IMG/VR virus record: IMGVR_UViG_3300045988_047162
Source: a virus
Direction: 5' to 3' (one strand)
DNA length: 64,000 nt
In this document: positions 26,030 to 32,650 of the stretch, in pieces
Numbering within the stretch: position 1 is the first letter of the stretch
Layout of the letters: each line of letters starts with the position of its first letter
Notes under the pieces: model-generated
What the model was told of the DNA's origin: nothing
The model's database searches: none
The model's input: only the letters and a program-made list of their open reading frames with translations
Made by a program: the position numbers and the translations under genes

Positions 26030-26386
26030 TCACATTTCCCTTGTGCCGCCCCACGACAGCACCTTGCCGCCGTCAACCAGCACGTAAGACTCACCGGCAT
26101 GATTGCCGACAGCATCAGCCCGCCACTCGCAGATACGCTCGTAGCCGCCAGCCATACTGCCGTCTTCCATGCCGCACTGGGGGATATCCGACAGCGACGT
26201 GTAGCCAGCCAAGTCGGCCTGACCATAGTCAGCCGTCGCATACGTCTCACGCCACCAATTCCATTGCTGTTCAGGCGTCCCATGAGGGTCAGCCACCGGC
26301 ACGGGATTGCACACCGGCGAACACGCCACGGCGAACGCCGCCACACCAGCAGCCAGCAGTCCAGCCAGCTTCACACCCTTACGCAT
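26030..26386 (-). CDS. predicted lipoprotein
   Basis: MRKGVKLAGLLAAGVAAFAVAC: a basic N-terminus, a hydrophobic core and an A-V-A-C lipobox-like motif. GGGAGG RBS. Confidence 0.6.
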   Translation of the reverse strand: MRKGVKLAGLLAAGVAAFAVACSPVCNPVPVADPHGTPEQQWNWWRETYATADYGQADLAGYTSLSDIPQCGMEDGSMAGGYERICEWRADAVGNHAGESYVLVDGGKVLSWGGTREM

Positions 26387-26993
26387 TCCGCTTACCTCCC
26401 TTGGCGGTCTCGATATAACCAGGAAGCTTTTCCACGTCGAAATCCATGTCGCCAGAAACCGGGTCGGCATCATCCCGCCAAGCTTCGAACACGGCATCAC
26501 GGTCAGCTCCATTCAACATGGCGTCAGACACCTCGCCATCGAAGTAATCCCGCAGCCACGCGTCCTCACGCCGCTCGTAATCGGATTCATCCAACACCGG
26601 GTAGTAGCGCCCGTCCTTGATAATCATGTCTATCGCATATTGGACGACGGCCTGATCCGACAGTCCGCCATACCCGTCCGTCAACTCAATCGCATAGCCG
26701 ACACCGCAGAACGCACGCGGCACATAACCGTAGTCCGACAGCCACCGCACGGCAGTCTCAATATTGCTTTCATCTAGCGCGTTATCGAAGTACAGCAGCC
26801 GCGAAGCCCGATACGTGTAATCGTTGAACACAGTGTCGGCCACGCGGATACCCCGCACCCATTCCAGAATGTCCGGCAGCACGTCATCGAACGACGGCAG
26901 ACCAGCGTAGTCGATACCGTCCCACGCGTCACGCAGTTCCTCGTACAAGTCGGCGTCCTCAGCCGTATCCTTGCGAATCCAATGCACATACAT
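26379..26993 (-). CDS. hypothetical strongly acidic protein
   Basis: GAGGAAAAAGAA RBS. D/E/Y/W-rich. Confidence 0.6.
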   Translation of the reverse strand: MYVHWIRKDTAEDADLYEELRDAWDGIDYAGLPSFDDVLPDILEWVRGIRVADTVFNDYTYRASRLLYFDNALDESNIETAVRWLSDYGYVPRAFCGVGYAIELTDGYGGLSDQAVVQYAIDMIIKDGRYYPVLDESDYERREDAWLRDYFDGEVSDAMLNGADRDAVFEAWRDDADPVSGDMDFDVEKLPGYIETAKGGKRNA

Positions 26994-27025
26994 TTCTTTT
27001 TCCTCACTTTCAGATTGATTGATTT

Positions 27026-27691
27026 TCAGCGAGACAACGTCAGAAACAGGTTTGAATACCACAGTTCCAAGTCGAGAGCCTTAAGCGCCCTGCACGCGGC
27101 CGCATAGTCGCCCGAATCCATGCATTCGACAAACTGCTGCGCATAGGCGCACGTCTCAACGTCATCGGAAGATATGAAGTCCAGCAAGTCGTCAAGGCTG
27201 GGCCATGCGCCCTCAGAATCATCGATAGTACATTCCTCATGGCTATACAGGTGCCACGTCATACCGTCGAGATTCCAGCAATCCGCCCCTTTGCCGTTCA
27301 GTATGTCGCCTAACGTCTCAGGCCAATCCATGAACTCGTAATCGGCAATGACGCTCAGGCTTAGATTGTGCGCGTCATACAAGTCGGCCAGCCGTCCCCA
27401 GTCGGCTTCGGCGGAACCGTGGTTGTACACGTCCCATATGCCCTTAATTTCGTCGGCCATATCCTTGTACCCGGACGGCGGCACCGGACTATCATTCCCA
27501 CGCATGTACGCAAGAAGCTCAGGCGACGGCGCTGTGACAACGTCAAGACTGGAACCGTCCAAACCGTCAGGAAACTCAGCGCCATTGTATGAATACAACT
27601 CCAGGTCGCCGCCGCCCCGTTCGGACTCGTGCAAACCATGACGCCCCGCCATGACGTCGTAAAAATCGTCAACGGAATTAAACCCAGACAT
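27026..27691 (-). CDS. hypothetical strongly acidic protein
   Basis: Runs such as DDSEGAWPSLDDLLDFISSDDVE. Confidence 0.6.
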   Translation of the reverse strand: MSGFNSVDDFYDVMAGRHGLHESERGGGDLELYSYNGAEFPDGLDGSSLDVVTAPSPELLAYMRGNDSPVPPSGYKDMADEIKGIWDVYNHGSAEADWGRLADLYDAHNLSLSVIADYEFMDWPETLGDILNGKGADCWNLDGMTWHLYSHEECTIDDSEGAWPSLDDLLDFISSDDVETCAYAQQFVECMDSGDYAAACRALKALDLELWYSNLFLTLSR

Positions 27692-27813
27692 GATTACCCA
27701 CTTTCATAGAGAATGTTGTTCCGCCGTCACATGACGGCATAGTGCGCGGATAGGGAGTCGCACCCTACCAGAACTCACTAGAGCCGCGCCATAGCCCACA
27801 GAGGGCTACAAAG

Positions 27814-28278
27814 TCAGATGAGTTTCAGGAACGAACGCGGTACCACGCGCTCGAAATGGTAAAAATCGTAAGCATCGCCACTATGCGACGTCATGGTGAA
27901 CCCGTTCGCCGTGAAAATGTCGATAATCGTTCCCATGCCGCACGCGTTCGCGTTCATCTCCCAGCCGTAATCGCAACGCTTCAGCCCATATAGCGGCCTA
28001 TCGGAACCGTTGTATGGAATCGACGCATACGTGTGCTTGAATCCACGCCACATGAGAAACGTCTGCCACAACGGCAACTCACGCATGGCTTCATCCACCG
28101 CCGCAGAGAGTTTGTCATACCCACAGCCGGACGCATGGCCGGAACCACGGTCACGCCTGACAGTAACGCCATCCTCGGCCAGTAGTGCGCCAACGGTAGC
28201 GGTAGGGCACATTCCCCACATCGCACTGCGCCGCCATTCCACGCTGATGTTCACAGATAGTTCGATCTTTCCAGTCAT
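27814..28278 (-). CDS. hypothetical protein
   Basis: GAGGTG RBS before ATG 28278. Contains ...GHASGCGYDKLSAAVDEA... Confidence 0.6.
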   Translation of the reverse strand: MTGKIELSVNISVEWRRSAMWGMCPTATVGALLAEDGVTVRRDRGSGHASGCGYDKLSAAVDEAMRELPLWQTFLMWRGFKHTYASIPYNGSDRPLYGLKRCDYGWEMNANACGMGTIIDIFTANGFTMTSHSGDAYDFYHFERVVPRSFLKLI

Positions 28279-28292
28279 AATAAACACCTCAC

Positions 28293-28309
28293 TTGTATTG
28301 TTGACTACA
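28293..28309. repeat. 17-nt motif TTGTATTGTTGACTACA, copy 1 (upstream of 27814..28278)
   Basis: Perfect match to 28640-28656. Contains the dyad TTGTA-N8-TACA(A). Confidence 0.9.
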
Positions 28310-28310
28310 A

Positions 28311-28616
28311 TTAGTTTCGCGTCATGTAGGATTCAAGCCGTGCGACGCATGACTCATCGCCCGGAACCAGATGCATGTCAAGCCACTGCTCAGCCGTGAC
28401 CACGGCGTAACGCTCGCCCAGCTCGCCGTTGCGCTTGACATTGCGGCTGACCACATACACCACGCCGTCAACCCACCTTATGGCGTCGGCATTCCACGCG
28501 ACATCACACGGATCAATGCCATGAGCGTGCTGGAAATTCCACGCGCGATTACGCCGCGCAATCTGCGTAGAACGCATATCCTTGCACCATTGCACGAGAT
28601 TGTCATAATCAGACAT
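28311..28616 (-). CDS. hypothetical protein
   Basis: AGGGGGAG RBS before ATG 28616. Confidence 0.55.
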   Translation of the reverse strand: MSDYDNLVQWCKDMRSTQIARRNRAWNFQHAHGIDPCDVAWNADAIRWVDGVVYVVSRNVKRNGELGERYAVVTAEQWLDMHLVPGDESCVARLESYMTRN

Positions 28617-28639
28617 AGCTCCCCCTTTATTTAATCTTA

Positions 28640-28656
28640 TTGTATTGTTGACTACA
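28640..28656. repeat. 17-nt motif TTGTATTGTTGACTACA, copy 2 (upstream of 28311..28616)
   Basis: Perfect match to 28293-28309. Confidence 0.9.
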
Positions 28657-28660
28657 TAAG

Positions 28661-29095
28661 TCAAACGAGATTGACATAATCACGCCTGACGAAATCCCAG
28701 CCGTGGTCAGTCCATTCGAACGTGTCCACCTGCCCCATAAGGCATGGCGTCAACCAGTCCGATACCGTGTCACATAAAGGCGTGCACTCAACCTTGTAGT
28801 GATACCCGGTATTCGTCTCGCAATACACGGCCGCATGGCGCTTGAATGCATGGACGCGTGTCACGCGCACGTCTGGCATAAAGCCCGAACGGTAGTCAAC
28901 GCTCCGTGACCTGAGCGCGGCAACCCTAAACGCCGCGACGATCATATGCCGCGTTGTTGCATCATCCACCCCGTGAGCCTTAATGATGGGCATTGACGCC
29001 ACATAAAGGCATGACGCGTATACCGGTAGGCTCTCATGTGCCGTCGTAAGACAATCGCGAACGATTTTTACAGCCATTTTTTCGTTGGTATCCAT
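28661..29095 (-). CDS. hypothetical protein (first gene of the antisense block)
   Basis: AAGGGGG RBS and protein-like composition. Confidence 0.6.
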   Translation of the reverse strand: MDTNEKMAVKIVRDCLTTAHESLPVYASCLYVASMPIIKAHGVDDATTRHMIVAAFRVAALRSRSVDYRSGFMPDVRVTRVHAFKRHAAVYCETNTGYHYKVECTPLCDTVSDWLTPCLMGQVDTFEWTDHGWDFVRRDYVNLV

Positions 29096-29555
29096 AATAA
29101 ACCCCCTTAAGGTCTAGTGTTAATTGGTTAATTGCGTGCCACTAGAGGGTATCGCACCCCCTCATGGTCTAAACAGTGGCGAGAGGGGCGCAACCCTTGC
29201 GGATTACGCCCGTGAAGATTTGTTTTTTGGCTAACACCACCCGCAAAGTGGCGCAGGGGCGCATACGCACCCCCTATAGACTTTTAATGTCCGCATAACC
29301 CCCAAACGTAAGACGTTTGTGATCAACCGCCCATAAAGCAATTGACGAGCGCTACAATATGTCTACCCTCGCAACCCGTTACGCCGTGGTTTACAGTCAA
29401 TGCCGCCAACCACGCTCACGCATGGCGAAACATTGACATTGCCACCTATCTATCGGCCTATCCTCATTGGCGGTAGTCTCTCACACTACGCCAAACGTCG
29501 GCGGTACCCCCTTACGAGTTCTCGCGCTCAACATTGTCAATCGAGTTCACGCGCA

Positions 29556-29567
29556 TTGCCTAGGCAA
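29556..29567. repeat. 12-bp palindrome TTGCCTAGGCAA
   Basis: Shares the 10-bp palindromic core TGCCTAGGCA with 29815-29828. Confidence 0.9.
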
Positions 29568-29814
29568 AACCGACACTATCGGCCACGCCCACATAGTGGA
29601 CATTATGCACACACCCCGAAAAACGCCGCCACCTAACCCCCAAAAGGGGGTGAAGCTCAAACTACCGGCCTTCGGTAACACTCTTCATTTTTCAAACACT
29701 CGCAACGCTCACAGACTGGACACTGCGCCTCAGCACAGTGACCAACGTTCCACACATGGCGGTTTCGCAATGCGCTCACTGCGCACCACCTGACTATCTC
29801 AGGTCAGGCTATGC

Positions 29815-29828
29815 GGTGCCTAGGCACC
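29815..29828. repeat. 14-bp palindrome GGTGCCTAGGCACC
   Basis: Second copy of the TGCCTAGGCA core, about 260 bp from the first. Confidence 0.9.
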
Positions 29829-30573
29829 TAACCGCCGCGGCTTCATCTGCCGGTTGCTACAGCCGGTTGCAAGTGGCGCGGTGTAGATATCGCGCTGACC
29901 TTGCTAGGTTGACTGCCTAACCGGTTGTTGGTTATCACTATACACACCAATAATGGTGTAAGCAAATTGAGAAAACAGACCACGGCGAAACGTTGGAACA
30001 GCGCCGTTTTATCGGCGTGTCGCAACATGGGTAGGGGGTAAATGAGACGAAAAAAGAGTTTGAGTAGCACAAGGAAAAATAAAGTCAAGCAAGATACTGA
30101 AATACGGACAAAAAATATTGAGCAAGATAGATATAAATAATAAGGAATACGACACAATGACGCGCATACGTACAACTGTACGAACGAACATTTGTACCAT
30201 CGAACAAACGTTCCAACCGGGGCTGGGGGAGGGTCCTCCGGGTGTGCCCGTCAGGGCCGTCGGGTCAATGGTAGAAATAGTGCGCGCCGTCTGAAAAAGT
30301 CCGCGCATGAAACGTGACATGACAACGACGATGTTGGGTTCACATTGAAATCGTCTTCAGCATACCACGCGACACGCCGTATTCTACGCCGTTTTCATTG
30401 CAACGTTGATGCAACGTTAGGTATGAGTATGCTGTCGCATGTCGGAATGAATTTTGGAGGACGCGTGGCGTCCTTGTGGGTGTCGTTCCGGCAAGCGGTT
30501 CGGTGGTGCTCCTTGTCTCTTGGTTAAGGATTCCGACCGTTGGGACGTTTGTGTTCATAAGGAGCACCGCTAG

Positions 30574-30660
30574 GGGCAGTTGGCTGAGTCTGGTTTAAGG
30601 TAGTCGCTTCGAAAGCGACCGACTCTAACGGGTCCGGGAGTTCGAATCTCTCACTGTCCG
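30574..30660 (+). tRNA. tRNA-Ser (anticodon CGA), type II
   Basis: Hand fold: acceptor GGGCAGT/ACTGTCC (one G-U), anticodon stem GTCGC/GCGAC, loop TTCGAAA, long variable arm, T-arm GGGAG-TTCGAAT-CTCTC. Confidence 0.75.
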
Positions 30661-30747
30661 CAGATGGCATCTTCCTAGGTAAGGTGCGATTCGGTTTCAA
30701 GTCCAATGCGAGAGGCTTGTTGGTACCGCCGTTTGATCTCGCACATG

Positions 30748-30844
30748 GTTCCTATCGCTCTTGTGGGAGTGTTAGTCGCGCGTGGTTTTCTGGCTCTTCT
30801 TGACCATGCGTGGTGAGATGCCGGTTCGAATCCGGCTGGGGACC
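30748..30844 (+). ncRNA. 97-nt tRNA-like element with an aberrant anticodon region
   Basis: Acceptor GTTCCTA/TGGGGAC (two G-U), D-arm GCTC...GAGT and a perfect T-arm GCCGG-TTCGAAT-CCGGC. The anticodon arm is replaced by a roughly 10-bp stem with an 18-nt pyrimidine-rich loop. Confidence 0.4.
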
Positions 30845-31262
30845 CTTTGAGGGTGGATGAATCCCGGAATATAGTGTGTGTGTTTGGATTGTCCGTGAGA
30901 TTTTGTTCATCCTCGTTTCTTGTGCCGGTCCCACCCGGTGCCGCCTATATGGCTGCGCCATTTGTTTTTGGGGCTGACTTGCAATCCTGTTGGCACAGCC
31001 TTTTGGTTGCCGGGTTCGATTCCCGAGGTTTGCTCTAGGTTTCATGGGGTAGCTGCCTGTGATACCGATGGCATTGCTCGAATATCCCCGCTGGAACATG
31101 TGGGGGATAAGAGGCTCCCTGCCTTAATCAGGCGGTTGATGACCGAAGGGGAGGCACGGCCAAACGGGTGCATAGATGTTTCACGTTCCTTGCCGTTGGT
31201 GGTAAAGCCCATTCCACCATGCCGAACGTCTTTCCGACTTGGACGTTAACTAAGTCGGGTAT

Positions 31263-31334
31263 ATGGCATTGGTGCAACCGGTAGCATGGCGGTCTCCAAA
31301 ACCGTCGATGTTGGTTCGAGTCCAACATGCTGTG
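31263..31334 (+). tRNA. tRNA-Trp (anticodon CCA)
   Basis: Hand fold: A1-U72 acceptor ATGGCAT/ATGCTGT, anticodon arm GCGGT-CTCCAAA-ACCGT, T-arm GTTGG-TTCGAGT-CCAAC. Confidence 0.8.
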
Positions 31335-31456
31335 CTCAGCCTACCCACATGTTGTGGGAAAGGTCTTCGGAGTCGTCTTGTGGCGGCTCTAGTTTTAGCT
31401 GACCCGCCTAGTCTGCGGGAACAGTCTCCTGAGTCGTTGCGGCGGCTCTTGCTTTT

Positions 31457-31541
31457 GGATGCTTGGCAGAGTGGCTTATTGCACCACCTCGCTAAGGTGG
31501 CGACCGGGAACGGTTCGGGGGTTCGACTCCCTCAGCATCCG
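31457..31541 (+). tRNA. tRNA-Ser (anticodon GCU), type II, with C instead of U at position 33
   Basis: Perfect acceptor GGATGCT/AGCATCC, anticodon arm CCACC-TCGCTAA-GGTGG, long variable arm, T-arm GGGGG-TTCGACT-CCCTC. Confidence 0.75.
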
Positions 31542-31548
31542 CGCGCCG

Positions 31549-31574
31549 TGGCTGGCGGTAAAAAGCCATTTTTT
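31549..31574 (+). terminator. terminator-like hairpin plus T6 after tRNA-Ser(GCU)
   Basis: tggct-N10-agcca followed by tttttt. Confidence 0.4.
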
Positions 31575-31615
31575 GCCATTGGATTTCCTTATGGCGGTTT
31601 GGGTTAGATGACTGG

Positions 31616-31665
31616 CAGCCCCCATGTTTTGTGGTGAGTGTGGCGTGGGGGCTGTCTGTTCTTTT
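31616..31665 (+). terminator. 9-bp hairpin plus T-rich tail abutting tRNA-Leu
   Basis: cagccccca...tgggggctg followed by tctgttctttt. It ends 1 nt before the tRNA-Leu 5' end. Confidence 0.4.
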
Positions 31666-31746
31666 GCTTTGGTGGCGGAATGGTAGACGCGGCGCACTCA
31701 AAATGCGTTGTCCTGTGACATGAGGGTTCGATTCCCTCCTGAAGCA
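31666..31746 (+). tRNA. tRNA-Leu (anticodon CAA), type II
   Basis: Acceptor GCTTTGG/CTGAAGC (two G-U), D-region TGGCGGAATGGTAGACGC, anticodon arm GCGCA-CTCAAAA-TGCGT, T-arm GAGGG-TTCGATT-CCCTC. Confidence 0.8.
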
Positions 31747-31759
31747 CTGAGGAGTGGTG

Positions 31760-32098
31760 ATGACCAACGATTGGAATAAGTCGCATCGTAAGGAACGGTT
31801 CAATCCTGGTTGGGAGCGGACGCGTCGTGAGGTGTTGGACTATTACGGGTGGCGTTGCCAGTATCCGGTGATCGGTGATGATGGCGTGTTGCGTCCGTGT
31901 GGCGCTCATGCGAATGAGGTCGATCATATCATTCGTGCCGAGGATGGTCAGCCTGATGATGATTCTTGGGATAATCTTCAGGTTCTTTGTCGTGCCCATC
32001 ATTCTTATAAGACTGGTTTGGAGTCGGCTGACGCGCGGCGAAGGAAGAGGGTTGAGCGTGAGGAGGCTCGTTGGTACAGGCATCCCGCGTTCGGTTAG
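31760..32098 (+). CDS. HNH endonuclease (packaging-associated)
   Basis: EVDHIIRAEDG...DNLQVLCRAHHSYKT is an HNH motif. GAGGAG RBS. The gene lies upstream of the terminase genes. Confidence 0.85.
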   Translation: MTNDWNKSHRKERFNPGWERTRREVLDYYGWRCQYPVIGDDGVLRPCGAHANEVDHIIRAEDGQPDDDSWDNLQVLCRAHHSYKTGLESADARRRKRVEREEARWYRHPAFG

Positions 32099-32115
32099 CT
32101 GAGGGTGAGTGCAGT

Positions 32116-32604
32116 GTGAATGGGTGTGATGGGCCTGTTCATGCTCATGGGATGTGTAGGTCTCATTATGATCGTTGGCGGCGTAGTGGCAGTGGTGCCC
32201 GTAAGCGTCGTATGAGTCGTGCGTGTCTGGCGTGTGGCTCTTTTTTTGAGACTGAGCGTCGGGACAAGGCTTTTTGTTCGGCTCGTTGTCGTAAGCGTTT
32301 CCAGCGTTTGAAGGCTGAGGGTGCGGCTCCTAATCGTACTCCGCAGCCGTTGAAGTCGGTGTTGTGGGAGCCTCGGTCGAATGCCCGTGTGGGGCGGCGG
32401 GGGAGTGTTCCTACTGGTTTTTGGACTGCCGAGGATGAGTGGAACGCGTGTTCTCATACGTGTCCGGTTTGTGGGTTGCCGCTTGACCGGTCGGTTGATG
32501 TTTTGAGTGATGATTTTCCGGTTGGCGCTTGGCGTGTGCCGTTGGAGCAGGGTGGTGAGAACTCGTTGGCTAATCGGATTGTCGTTCATCGCAGGTGCGC
32601 GTAG
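32116..32604 (+). CDS. second HNH/zinc-finger endonuclease-like protein
   Basis: N-terminal NGCDGPVHAHGMCRSHYDRWRR motif and C-terminal CPVCG...GGENSLANRIVVHRRC. GTG start after a GAGGGTGAG RBS; TTG 32071 is an alternative start. Confidence 0.6.
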   Translation: MNGCDGPVHAHGMCRSHYDRWRRSGSGARKRRMSRACLACGSFFETERRDKAFCSARCRKRFQRLKAEGAAPNRTPQPLKSVLWEPRSNARVGRRGSVPTGFWTAEDEWNACSHTCPVCGLPLDRSVDVLSDDFPVGAWRVPLEQGGENSLANRIVVHRRCA

Positions 32605-32606
32605 TG

Positions 32607-32650
32607 CCGTAACGGGCTTCGCGCTTGTCGTCCCGTAATGGGGCTTTGCG
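32607..32650. repeat. two imperfect 17-18-bp direct repeats just upstream of terS
   Basis: ccgtaacgggcttcgcg (32607-32623) and ccgtaatggggctttgcg (32633-32650). Confidence 0.8.

Noticed and set aside
29400-30175. ORFs 29400..29636, 29467..29793 (plus strand) and 29843..30175 (minus strand) in the gene-free region.
   Set aside because: They have no RBS and an implausible composition (Pro/His/Arg-rich, or Leu/Phe/Cys low complexity over the AT-rich core). They also overlap palindromes and hairpins.
30661-30747. Possible extra tRNA or suppressor tRNA. A hairpin ATCTT-CCTAGGT-AAGGT could display UAG/CUA-type anticodons, and a GGTTTCAAGTCC T-loop-like sequence follows.
   Set aside because: Only 8 nt separate the hairpin from the preceding tRNA-Ser, so there is no room for an acceptor stem and D-arm. 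The T-arm needs bulges. It is treated as a degenerate remnant.
30961-31046. tRNA-Ala-like signal: a CTTGCAA loop and a GGGTTCGATTCCC T-loop.
   Set aside because: I could not close the acceptor stem or the anticodon stem. The best attempt gives a 54-nt molecule with a mismatch. It is mentioned only as a tRNA-like fragment within the array finding.
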